Source: Eledone cirrhosa (taxonomy: Eukaryota). From it: DNA of 64,000 nucleotides. The notes under the pieces are model-generated. The model was not told where the DNA came from, did no database searches, and worked only from the letters and a program-made list of their open reading frames with translations. The stretch covers positions 38,688,001-38,752,000 of the forward strand of contig OZ024757.1 of the NCBI GenBank assembly GCA_964016885.1. The letters run 5' to 3'. The position numbers and the translations under genes are program-made. Below are positions 44,886 through 57,633 of this stretch, in pieces (within the stretch, counting starts at the first letter, position 1; each line of letters starts with the position of its first letter).

Positions 44886-46624
44886 TATATATATATATTT
44901 GAAGAAATAAAATATCATGGGGAGGCAACAACACAGTCTTATTGAGGTAAAACTGATGAAGATATAGAGCAGGCTTCGACCCCTCTGATGGAAGTCCTTC
45001 GTCAAGAATTGGAGCGTATTTACAGCATTAGTGTTAACGCTCGAATATGAATCTTATTTTTTATTTTCACCCTTCTTCAAGGTTTTATTTCTGGCATGTT
45101 CCATCTTATTAATTTCTTACTTTCGTCTACTCCTAAATAATTATATTGCTGCGTATGTTTATAACAGTTAATGGTTGATATTTATAACTCTAATCTTATT
45201 TTTGGCATTGAATACAGTTTTTAATATTTGTCTAACTCTACTCCGGTACCCTATTACAACTGTTCCCCTTCATCTCTATATATTTAGCCATTGACACGTT
45301 TACATAATGAAACATACAGACTTTTAAATGAAACCATAAACACAGAACCAGACTTTAGCCGTAATTAAGTGAAGATGAAACTGATAAGATAGAATCTTAT
45401 CCGATTTCAATCTATAAAAATACACCATTTTTAAAAAAAGATTTAAGTGTAATTATGTTGCCACTAACTACTTAGAGTACATTTTAATACAATTACTTAT
45501 TTTATTATAAATTCAGATTTCATTTATATGGATCCATTCGAGTGCTGTTGTTGTTGTTGATGATGATGTTGTTTTTGTCTTCTTCTTCTTCTTCGTCGTC
45601 TCTTTCTTCTTCGTCTCCTTCTTTTTCTTCTCCGTTTTCTTCTTCGTATCCCCCCTCCTCCTCATTTTTCTTTTTTTTCTTCTTCTTCTTCTTCTTTTTC
45701 TTTTTCTTTTTCTTTTTCTTTTTCTTTTTCTTCTTCTTATTAGTATTATTATTATTATTATTGTTCCTCAAAAGGCCGTGGGGGCAGAGTCCTTAATCCC
45801 AACATAGATACAATTAGATCAAACAGAGAGTAATTATTGGCTATCACTATACGTAAATCATATATTCCGAAAACAAAACCAACGACAAACAAAATACCTG
45901 TTTTGTTATGAACAATGACTTGTTTATCGAAATATATATCCATTCATAGCTGTACCCAATATATTAGATAAATATCTTAGTAGTGTCCCTGTTACCCACT
46001 ATATTAATTATATATTAGTAGCGTCCCTGGAAGGATATACTACTATATTGATGTTTCTCTCTAAAAATATCCATTGTATTCTGGTATTCTGTAGGTACAG
46101 CTTTTCGTTTTATGTTAACACACTTGGTTGTGAACGATGTTTTTATTTACTAAGCCTCTCGGTCAGATTTAAGATCAAAGACATTCAAGTCGTGATGCCC
46201 TTAGGACTAAAATCTTTAAATCTATATTTAGCAAGTCAAACAATAATTTACTTACAATCGCCCACTTTCGTTCTACAATTCGTTGTTTAATCACATCGAA
46301 GGTTTATATTTTGACATGAGTTGTCGATGTTTTTTACGCAGTACAAGTAGTATATATGGCTCAAAATGCTTATGTATATGACCTGTTGTATATCTTACAC
46401 AGTCTTTCTATGGTAATCAGTACATAGCCTATCGCATATTTTAACTTTCATTTAAATTAGTGTACCGCATAAAACACTTGGGTGATTCACATAGTATATA
46501 TGAGAATACATTGCCTTTAGAAGTGGCTTAAAGTAAGGTACACATATATGTGGTGGAATGAACAGAGATTTAGACGTAAATTTCATGGAAACGTTCATAC
46601 GTTGGAGGAAAATATAGAACGCAC

Positions 46625-46684
46625 TTCTTAGGAACTGACGAAGATCCATTCCTCCATTCCAGTATCTTCTCGTTATTTCTATTT
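46625..46684 (-). CDS. Putative internal exon: (K)[19 protein letters not shown]
   Basis: TTCCGCAG| acceptor, A|GTGCGT donor, 60 nt phase 1-1. Confidence 0.35.
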
Positions 46685-46709
46685 CTGCGGAATATATATA
46701 TATGAATGT

Positions 46710-46750
<41 letters not shown>

Positions 46751-46753
46751 TGT

Positions 46754-46875
<122 letters not shown>

Positions 46876-47029
46876 CTGTGTGTTTCTGTATATATGGATG
46901 TGTATGAGAACATGTACATATATATGCGTGTGTGTATAACTGTGTGTGTGTGCCTGTGCCTGTGCCTGTTTTGTTAGTGGAGATTCTGTTATAACTTCCC
47001 TGGCTGATATTTTTTTCTACTACATTTAC

Positions 47030-47122
47030 TTTTATATATCTGGAATTCTTCCTCGTTTTGCTTCGCTTCCAAAGACTTTCCAAAGTACTGGCAAGCACAG
47101 CCATAACTTCCTACTGAGATAT
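47030..47122 (-). CDS. Putative exon: (D)ISVGSYGCACQYFGKSLEAKQNEEEFQIYK; 5' boundary uncertain (frame open to ~47346)
   Basis: A|GTAAAT donor in phase 1; TTGCAG| acceptor gives 93 nt. Confidence 0.3.
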
Positions 47123-47464
47123 CTGCAACATCACTGGCAGCAGATTTTCTCAGAGATTTCTCTGTCTGTATGTTCTTGTTTTTGTTGTTGTTGTTGTTGT
47201 TTTCCCCTATTTTATTCATGTCTCTATTTTGGTATTTTTTTGTTGTTGTTGCTGTTTCTTGGTTATGTATTTTTCTTTTTGTGTTGTAGTTTTTGTTTCT
47301 TTCCTTGTGGAATTGGGTGTGGTGGGTTGGGGTAGAAGTGGATTTCTTTTAAAATTTTATTTTACTTTCATTTTTCCAAATGTCTTACTTTATATATTTA
47401 TATTTATATTAGGAACTTTACTGCGCGTAGATGATCTCGTCTATATATATATATGTATATCCGT

Positions 47465-47508
<44 letters not shown>

Positions 47509-47516
<8 letters not shown>

Positions 47517-47851
47517 ATGCTTTGGGAGGGTCATGTTGCCAATAAGAAACACACGCACCAGTGTTTCACTCCAATTTATTATAAGTTAAATTTATAAATT
47601 TAAGAATTTATAAATTTCCGGTTGGTTGGTTGGTTTCACAACCGGACGGTTGTTCATATATTGTCAAAGTTCTTTCGTCACACATTCTGTGACCTCTTCA
47701 ACCGGAAATTTATAAATTTATAAATTTAACTTATAATAAATTGTAGTAAAAGCAACTGGTCCGTGTGTTTGGTATTGGCAATATGACCCTCCCAAAGCAT
47801 AACAATATCGGTCTCAACACACGTTTTCAGATAAAGAATTTTGCTAAACAA
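47509..47851. mobile_element. Fold-back element (family H)
   Basis: Arms ~47509-47623 and ~47698-47808 with tail; single-arm copy at 62001-62186. Confidence 0.75.
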
Positions 47852-47865
47852 TATATATATATATA

Positions 47866-48093
47866 TCTAAGGCGGGTAAAATTCCCGAGGTCCATGGACG
47901 AGTTCTCCCCAGCGGTCTCTGTCTCTCATTATCGCTGCCATGTCCTGCGTCTCCAACAGACCAGTGTCTGTCCTTAGGGCATCAACATACGTTAACCTTG
48001 GTCTTCCTCTTCTAGTGTGTCCATGTAGGGTCTCCCACAGGAGTACTGAGTGCAATGTCAACTCTGGATGTCGGTGAGCATGTCCAGCTCACC
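47866..48093 (-). mobile_element. RTE-clade LINE 3' fragment
   Basis: AGHAHRHPELTLHSVLLWETLHGHTRRGRPRLTYVDALRTDTG..MRDRDRW. Confidence 0.85.
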
Positions 48094-48297
48094 TATATAT
48101 ATATATGTATGTATGTATGTATGTATATATGTATTCTGACTCGCGTCTGACATTCTATCCCTGAAATGTTCTGATGATACTTTCCTTTCTGATTAATGAG
48201 GCACTGCATCCATATACACATACAACACACACACACACACACACATACATACATACATACATACATACATACATACATACATACATACATACATACA

Positions 48298-48329
<32 letters not shown>

Positions 48330-49298
48330 AAGAGAGAGAGAGAGAAAAAAAACTGATTCCAATTAAGGAAAAGTACATAACCCTGTTAGGAAAACGGAAA
48401 TGCCATTTACTCGTGTCTCTATTAAGTTATATCTGAAACATCAACTTCATAATGAGAACGCTAGTTCAGCTACTAAATTACTTTAAATTCTACATAATTT
48501 ACAAAGTAGTTTCACATCCATAGGTACTATCTTTTATTGGTGATACAGTAAGGAAATGGTTAACGTATCAATCAAAGAAAGGTGCATGGTAAATTTAACC
48601 CCGGCAGTATTTGAATATAAAACATGAACCCTAATGATGGCTATTCCTATATTTCTGTGAATCCATTACTCATTCTAGTTTAATCAATAGGAAATACTCT
48701 TTATCTAACTAGAAATCGAAAAAGACCGATAACCAGCTAAAGATATTTGTACCCAGTTAGGGCTTCTCACAAGACATGTAAAATAAAAAATATTGATATA
48801 TGTTGTAACGTAATACAAGAATATCTGAAATTTGTTCTACGAGTAAAGAAAACTACGATACGGTTGAAGATTTTGGCTGAAGCTAGCAATGTCGTACAGT
48901 AGAAAGCAAATTGATAGCATATGTTGCTAGCATATGTTGATAAGATGCTTAAATATTCAACTTACCTGGAGAAATCCTGCTATATACATTGTTTTTCTTT
49001 AGTGGATTTTGTTTTTATAGACACAGAAAGTGAATTTGATGAACTAGCGTTTGTGCGAGGAATAAATATTATCTTTACAGTAAAGTGTATTCACATATAG
49101 TCGTATTATACAGAATATAATTGTATTTATATATATTCTTGTATAGGTGGCATTGCATATATTTCCAATTGTAATAGGGTGTGTATAATAATACACCCCA
49201 AAATACTAAAACCCATATATATATATATATATCAAGGCTCAAGGCTCTGATACCATCAATACTATAAACACAGAGCTGGCATATCTAACAACTGACTA

Positions 49299-49354
49299 AC
49301 TGCCTGATGAGGTCATGGCCAATCAATGGCTATCATCGAAATGTATATAGCAGT
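49299..49354 (+). ncRNA. Minimal type I hammerhead ribozyme motif
   Basis: ACTGC-CTGATGA-GGTCATGGCCA(ATCAA)TGGCTATCATC-GAAA-T(GTAT)A-TA-GCAGT, followed by AATAAA. Confidence 0.7.
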
Positions 49355-49782
49355 AAATAAAGGATCTCTGCCGTCGGGGTCATACTTTTTCCTATATATA
49401 TATATAGTGAGAGAGAGAGAGAGGTGCGTATGCAAAACTCTCTTTGTATGTGCGAGAGTGGGAGAGGGGGGCGGGTATAGGTGTGGTTGTCACAGTGAGA
49501 TAACTTTGGAGTTATAAGGATTCCGTCAGGCAGGCGTTAATGATATAACCATACATGCACGTCGGTGGTCCATATTGGCTTCTCTCTCTCTCTCTCTCTC
49601 TCGCTCTCGCTCTCTATCTCCCGCTCTATCTCTCTCTCTCTTGCTCTCTCTCTCTCTCTCCCCTCTCTCTTTCCCTCCCTCGTTCACTCTATGCCTCCCC
49701 TCTCTATATCCCCCTTTCTCTCTCTCTTTTCCCCTCTCCCTCTCTCTCTCTCTATATATATATATATTACTTGGACAGTCGG

Positions 49783-49829
49783 CTTCCTAATGATTTCTCC
49801 AAAATGAAACACTTCCAGTCCCGTAGAAG
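49783..49829 (+). ncRNA. Decayed hammerhead motif
   Basis: CTTC-CTAATGA-..-GAAAC..GTA-GAAG; G5 mutated; stems II and III poor. Confidence 0.3.
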
Positions 49830-49934
49830 ACATTTCTATATTAAATATTTATACGCTGCTATGTATTGAGTACCTTACTAACTGTGGTTATCTCCGATTG
49901 AACACGGGATAAACTTATATCTATATATTAATAA

Positions 49935-50009
49935 ATTTCATTCTGATGAACGCTGGCAGACGTCTGTGTCGAGCTCCTCTGTCTCCGTGAAACCTTTGGT
50001 AAATGGAAT
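49935..50009 (+). ncRNA. Type I hammerhead ribozyme motif with intact core
   Basis: ATTTCATT-CTGATGA-ACG..GCAGA..TCTGT..CGT-GAAA-CC(TTT)GG-TA-AATGGAAT; predicted cut after 50001. Confidence 0.7.
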
Positions 50010-50034
50010 AATTGTCCTATGTTGTTTATTATAC

Positions 50035-50096
<62 letters not shown>

Positions 50097-50102
<6 letters not shown>

Positions 50103-50752
50103 ACGTAAATACATATATATATATATAGACGTACAGTAGTATGTATATATATATATATATATATATATGTACGTATGGGTTTACCGAGCATTTATTATGA
50201 TGTTCGGTTTGTTTGTAAACAAACAGCCCGAATTAAGCCGTACAGTATTCGGCAACCATCGTTGCTCTTTTGTTCAACACTGACAACTGGGGCTGTTTGT
50301 TTACATAGAAACCGAACATCATAATAAATGCTCGGTAAACCCATACGTTCATATATATATATATATATGTATATGTGTGCATGTATGTATGTATATACAT
50401 ACTACTGTACGTCTGTATACATATATGTATGTACGTATACATACTTGCTCCAAATAATGACGTATTATATTCGTTTTTTCCCGTTTTTTGCCAGGGAACG
50501 TTTCCACGAACCAAAGTATCGTCTTCCTGTCTTCCTCCTGTTGCAAGGTTTTTTGTAATATTCACTTCTGCGTTTACAGATTGACTACGTTAGTTTCAGA
50601 AGATCTCGTTAAGGGTGAAAGCAGCGATTCTTTGCTTAAACTTTAATCTGTTATGTTAATAAATATTTGCTCTACGGTTCTTATATATTTGATATATATT
50701 TATCCTTATCGAGCCCTCTTTGGATTTTAGTCTTCAAATTTATTATTATTAC

Positions 50753-50753
<1 letters not shown>
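50097..50753 (+). mobile_element. Longest family A element with a 5' inverted duplication
   Basis: 50097-50229 is an inverted copy of ~50291-50443; continues to the variant hammerhead 50576-50651 and the family A tail. Confidence 0.7.
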
Positions 50754-50780
<27 letters not shown>

Positions 50781-50783
<3 letters not shown>

Positions 50784-50959
50784 GCAAACATCACCGACGC
50801 TCTATCTCAAAATTATTTTTGAAAAGCATTAGACATGCGCAACCGGTAAAACTTAAAACCAAAACTGAATACTAACCAATACTATTACTAATTCTCACTT
50901 ATTCCTAATTAAACTATTTTTCACTGTGAACAATTTGTCAGCATTTTCTTTTCCGTTTA

Positions 50960-50963
<4 letters not shown>
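50781..50963 (+). mobile_element. Family D single-arm copy
   Basis: Aligns with 3065-3181 and has extra upstream sequence. Confidence 0.7.
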
Positions 50964-50997
<34 letters not shown>

Positions 50998-51000
<3 letters not shown>

Positions 51001-51187
51001 CGAAGGAAATGTGGTAAGGAACCAGGTGGACCATAACGCACCAAAGTACTCAATACTTGAGGTAGTAGAGTGGGTAATAGGAACCAGTAAGACCCCGACA
51101 GCTGAGCTCAAGCCGTTTCGACGGCTAATTCTGGACTAAATTAGCCGTCGAGACGGCTTGAGCTCAGCTGTCGGGGTCTTACTGGTT

Positions 51188-51190
<3 letters not shown>
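50998..51190 (-). mobile_element. Family B fold-back copy
   Basis: Aligns with 3263-3465. Confidence 0.8.
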
Positions 51191-51235
<45 letters not shown>

Positions 51236-52701
51236 TAATCACTTTATCTATTCCTTTTTTCCCCTTCTTTTATTAAGCCGGCTCTCCTTTCAAACCACCG
51301 CTCCTCCTGCAATCTTACCTTCCAGTAATATTTTCTCTTACCATCATCTGACCACGACAGTGGAAATATTTCCCTTCCAACCTGTATTTCAGGGTCCATT
51401 TCAGTAAACGCTATTGTGTGCACCTGTTATGTTTTTTTTTTCTTCTGTCTTTCTTCTCGGTCCAAAAAATCTAAGTTTCATATTTTTTTTTAATCGAAAG
51501 AAATGTTGGCTAATTATTTAATGACCCTTGTTTAACCTTCTTCTCTGCCGTCAGAGAATTTGTCTTTATAATTTCCTGGATCCCATGCCGGTTTTTCCTA
51601 ATTCTTACTTACTATTTTCTTACATTTTCATTATGGCGTAAAGAATGCTGTTGTTTAAAAGCCGTAACTTTGTTTAGCTTGGAAACAACAACTGCTGATG
51701 ACGGCTGTAAAACGAAAGGTTGGTGTCATAGTAGGTGGAAATACTCTAGATATAGCTCGGGGACTGCAGGACTGTCATGGATATAATTCACTTCACCGCA
51801 AACAAACAAAAAAAACACATCAAGGAATATGACGTATATTGACCTGCTAGGCATTCTAAATATATTGAATTATCATGGATGGATTGCTTTTCATCATATA
51901 TGTGTCCTATCAGGGAAATAAAGAACAAAACAAAAATTAATCCTGATATCTTAAGCATTTACTTCCAATTTCAACTAAACGAAAAGAACAATTTGAGCCA
52001 GAGGAAAATGCGATAGAATATGAGACACCCTTTTCAATATATCAGAAAAAGAAAGTTTCTTTTTTATAGGCGAAATATGAGCAGATCTTACACGAAAAAT
52101 ATATTCATTTTGGAGCACGGCAAATTTTGAAATAAATACAAACTGAGAATAAAAATAGCTTAATGGAATATAGCAGTAGAATAAAATATACGACCATAGA
52201 AAAAATTACCTGGAAACCTTCGTTACACGTTTTTGAGTTTAATATTTTTGATGGGAGTAATTTATTTTCTGTTTGTGATAGGAAATAAATGAGAAGATTC
52301 TTTATTTCATTTTCACAACTCGCTTTAATTTAAACGTTGGATTACATTTTATTTTCACATATTTAATAACAATATATTAATTTCATGTGCGAATGTTATT
52401 AGATTTATTACTTTTCGCTATATATCTGTTAAAACATACATGCATTTTATATTTGTATCGGCATTCCGGTACAGCCAATACGTGTTTCTGTGTGTATGTA
52501 TATATATATATATATATATAATATTATATAATATATATTATATTATATTGTATATATATAGTATATATATATGCAGAGAGAGAGGGAGTGGTAAGAAGCC
52601 TGATAGATGAAACACCTATTAAATTTAAATATAGTTATCGGAAAATACCCATCATATATGATTATATATGTGTAAATGTATTACACAGAAAAACATATAA
52701 T

Positions 52702-52776
<75 letters not shown>

Positions 52777-53416
52777 ATCATGAACGTGTATGTAATTAAT
52801 TCTACATACCTAAAATATATTGTAACCCTGTTTCAATTATTGAATATTACATAAAATATTTCTGTGAATGCAGATAATTGGAATTTCTGGGTTATAGGAA
52901 ATTCCAATAGTTTCAGAGGATGGCCGATACATGACGGAATGGTTTGGATCTTGTCTTTACAATCGTTAGGCCTCGGCTTCTATCCCTTAAAGTCACATCT
53001 GAGGCATGTCTCATTTACCACAGCCCTAGATAAACCCTTGAAATATGTGTGTGTATGTGTGTACATTTTGGTAGAAGGATATTGTGTGAACGGTAACTGT
53101 GATTGTGTTTCATGCTGAATCTCCCTGAGAATTACGTAAACGGTGCACGTCTTTGTTGAATGTTTTAACCAATTACATATTAATTTAATGAGCCGGCTGT
53201 TACGTTGATCGAACAAAAAAAAGCCATTTTCGTGCACTGCTTTCTGTTAACCCACCCCATCTCTCTCTCCCTCTCTTTATCTCCCACGCTCTCTCTCTCC
53301 CCCCTCTCTATCTATATACTATATATTTATATATATATATATTTATATATATATTCATATATAAATATATATATATATATATATTCATATATATATATAT
53401 ATATTCATATATAAAC

Positions 53417-53476
<60 letters not shown>

Positions 53477-53912
53477 TCTCTAAAACCAGTTACAAACCAT
53501 CATCATACATAAGTATATAATTGATTTTAGGCTTTCTGTATAAAATCAATTATTTCATACCAAACTTTTTTTTTCTTCTCAAATCGTAGTAATAACGTTA
53601 GATAACACATCAGGAATATTACACAGTGCAAATTATTACTCTGAGAGATTTTTTATTGATCGTAATTCCATCAAGATGTATTAACAGAATATATAATATA
53701 TTATTTCTTATGTTTTACCATATTCGCAATTTCTGTTAGTTTTATGCATATATATTTTTTCCGATTTATAGCCTCTCTTATACTGTTTATATACTGTTTA
53801 TATGTGTCATATGCAACTCTTAAGATATGTAGGTCAGAAGAGTTGCATTGTAAACCCTCATTGTTAGTTTTTAACATCCTAACAGTAAATGAAATTATTT
53901 GTCATTTAAAAA

Positions 53913-54380
53913 GGGCAGTTGATTGTGAGTATCGGTAGAGGGTCGCACAACATGCTTTGCTGCATAGAGTTGCTTTACATTCTGAGTTTAAATGTAAAGT
54001 TCCTACACATTCTGAGCTCAATTGTAAGTCTCTTTACATTCTAAGTTCAAATGTAAAGTCCCTACACATTCTGAGCTCAAATGTAAGTGTCTTAATATTC
54101 TGAGCTCAACTGTAAATTCTCTTTACATTCTGAGTTCAAATGTAAGTGTCTTTATATTCTGAGCTCAAATGTAAGTCTCTTTAAATTCACAGTTCAAATG
54201 TAAAGACCCTACACATTCTGAGTTCAAATGTAAGTCTCTTTACATTCTTAATTCAAATCCCACCGAGGTTAGTTTTGCCTTCCATCCTTACGGGGTCGTT
54301 AAAATAGAGTATCGGAAAGGTACTGGGTGTTAATGTAATCGATTACCCCCCCCCCCCGCACATTTCTGGATTTGTACCTT
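53913..54380 (+). mobile_element. Major SINE with an internal ~10 x 29-30 bp B-box tandem array
   Basis: SINE head, units CTTTACATTCTGAGTTCAAATGTAAGTCT (53974-54258), then the SINE core resumes. Confidence 0.8.
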
Positions 54381-54888
54381 AATCAGCTCTACCAAGCTTA
54401 GTCACACGAACATTAGATATACAGTACAGGATAATAAGAGGGAGATTGGAAATGGAAAGGATGGAGAGAATGCGTACTGGGGTTGTTATTCAACATTACG
54501 GCTACATATGAGGATATAGGCAGATTTTCTCACAAGAGACGGAGGCACGTGAGGGCACACAGAAACAAATCAAATAAAGCAAATAAATAAGAGAAAAATA
54601 ATGATATAAACAAAATTAAATAAATAATAAAAAAATTAAAGCACACAAAAGCAACAGAGGAAGTTATGCATTAGTTACTATATAGAACAGGTGATTTAGT
54701 TTCCCATGACTTAAGAAATACTACGAGACCCCTAAGGTACCTTCAGAAAGTACAAGCAAAAGGGATATTCAATTTGTTGGTAATTCAACAAATATAAATG
54801 TTTATAACTAATTCGAAGCACTCGACAGCTTTTCTGGAGTATAATATTCAATCATATTAAATGATAGTTTCCATTTATTTAATATCAT

Positions 54889-54943
<55 letters not shown>

Positions 54944-54988
54944 GTATAAATATATACAAACGTATATGTATACATGTATATATATTAT

Positions 54989-55030
<42 letters not shown>

Positions 55031-55173
55031 TGTATACAAACATATATGTACACATGTATATATATTATACACATTAATATACATAGATATACAATTATAT
55101 ATATATACATACATACATATGTATATATATATACACACACCCATGTGTATGTATACATATGTGTGTCTATGTG

Positions 55174-55216
<43 letters not shown>

Positions 55217-56009
55217 TTAACAAACTATACTCTGATGTAATCCGTTAATTATATTTATTTCATAATTCTAGCCATCTTGATTTCGCCACATCCATCAGCG
55301 TTATATGAGATGTGTGTCTGTTAATTTCTCATTCATCCAACTACAAATATTCCTCCGTCTTTATTAACTCCCATTTCATTTGATTATTCAATACGGACAT
55401 GTTTTTAAACTAATTCTTTGATGTCAGCTTTTAAATTAACATTGACAACTAATTCCCATGTTTATATTTGAAATTTTATTTCCTCAATTTCACACCGAAA
55501 TTATCGCTAAAATAAATATTAAGAGTTTGTTGCCACGAAAGATATTTCCCTCTACGAGATATACACTCGACAGCAACATTACAGCTACTACTACTACTAC
55601 TACTACTACTACTGATGTTGCTGCTGCTACTACTAATAATAATACAGAGGAGAAGGATGCTAGCGGCAGCAACATCGGTAATCATTATTACATTTCGTTC
55701 TTCAATCATATTAAATACCTACATTTTAATTTTCGTAGACAGCATCCACTACTACTACTAATAATACTACTACTACTACTACTATTTATTATTGTTATTA
55801 TTATTATACTTTTCGTGTCTTCAGAACTATTTAAGTAGACGGAGCGCCGAATTCTCCACACAATTAACATTTCAAATCGAAAAATAATCTATTTGCACTT
55901 AGGGCGGGTGCTAAAAGCTACACAGCAATGTTTAAAATCTGATGGGATTAGTGTAGTTTTGCTTCAGAGTAAGGTTAATATAACAGCTATTAATATATTG
56001 AGATAGGCA

Positions 56010-56290
56010 TGGCGGATAATAAGCAGAATCGTTAGAGTGTCGGACAAAATGTTTTGCAGTATTTACTAACACCTTTCTAGGCGAGATCAACTTCGTATTT
56101 TGTCGTCCTGGAGTCGATTAAATAGAGTACAGGTCAAGTACTGGGAGGCGGCGAATTTGGTAAATCTGTTAGCACGTGCCTTATTGTATTCTTTCCGGCT
56201 CTCTGAGTTCAAATCCGGCCGAGGTCAACTTTGCCTTTCATCCTTTCGAGGTCGATAAAAAAAAAGTACGAGTCAAGTACTGGGGTTGAT
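56010..56290 (+). mobile_element. Two decayed tandem SINE copies
   Basis: GAGTTCAAATCCGGCCGAGGTCAACTTTGCCTTTCATCC core; an older copy lies upstream. Confidence 0.7.
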
Positions 56291-56584
56291 TCTTCCCCCA
56301 TATCTCTTTCTCATTTCCTCTCTCTCACATTATCTCTCCATGTATACATAGTAGTACCAGTCTAGTACTGGGGGTGATTCTTCCTCTATACAACTTTCTC
56401 ATTTCCTCTTTCTCACTTTCTATCTTTCCTTGGAAGGAATCTGCTGAACTAAGGCCTGGAGAGGAATGGGATCTGCCAAGCTTAAAATGCCCAAGAAACG
56501 CTTTATGTCAATACGGTGCCCTACGATTCTATCAGAAGTAACTGAACCATATATACATACATACATACATAATACATACATACA

Positions 56585-57111
56585 TGGTGGCTGCCAACTC
56601 GTTTTCGAGTACGGCCACTACTTTATATCCATATAGGAGAACCCCTACCGATGCGCTGAACGAGTGTGGCTTTATAGTCCAGCCAGCGAATGAAATCTCT
56701 GGTATAAACACTACACTTGTGACAATTATTGACGACAAGTGAAGAGAGATCTCCAGATATAAAGCAATGCCTGTGCCGTGAAGCTTTTATAGTGAGCAAA
56801 GGCACTGCACAAAGCCAGTCCCACTCTCTTAACCAAGATGATATTTACCAAAAAGAAGAACAAGTCAACATCATTGAATACCATCAGAGTTGCAGGTGTT
56901 ATATCAGAATTTTCCTTCTCTTAGAATTCAGCCTTGACAAAGGCTAAGGGGTGATCTCTCCCGGTGATTTTAGATGGCCATTGGCTCTTAAGAGCTCATT
57001 TGCCCTTTGACAGGTTTTGTTTTTAGTCCTGCGGATGTCCAAAGTCACCCTCCTCACCAAGAAACCTTGGTGGGGTTGCCAGTTTAGTCGCCAACGACCC
57101 GACCATGAGAC
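56585..57111 (-). mobile_element. Family K element
   Basis: Reverse complement of 33667-34207 with a small internal deletion. Confidence 0.8.
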
Positions 57112-57552
57112 ATACATACATACATACGTACATACATAGAAATACTACGGTTTATCTCATCATGCAAAGAAATTATGAAACAAAGATGACCTACTTAACA
57201 TTAGAAGAATTGTCAGAAGCGTACCATCATTTATATAAATCTAAAACCTGCCTAGTTTAGCTTAGCTTTGATTTCCATCCTACCAGGTAAAATACAATAA
57301 GAGCTTTTAATACTTCGAAATCGGCAATATCACAGAATCTAAATTATCGATTTCCTTGCTCGATAACATTCTAACGTATAATACCCTCTGGAAACAGTTG
57401 AGGTATAATCTATATACCCTTCAACTAACAATTAATAAATTCTTCTCTTTCTTCAATTTTTTTCTTCTTTTTTTGGCGTCCAATTCAACTCGTCTTATTT
57501 CCACACTCCTATTTTCACCAGGCACCTTTTACTATAGACATGTATATATACA

Positions 57553-57630
<78 letters not shown>

Positions 57631-57633
<3 letters not shown>

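Noticed and set aside
44940-45010. CTGATGA (+) and TTGACGA..GAAG (-) around a hairpin
   Set aside because: No GAAA box and no stem I complement on either strand.
51690-51735. CTGATGA...GAAA hammerhead-like spacing
   Set aside because: Stems II and III do not pair.
53974-54258. CRISPR-like array of ~30 bp palindromic repeats
   Set aside because: Head-to-tail repeats without spacers, inside a eukaryotic SINE.
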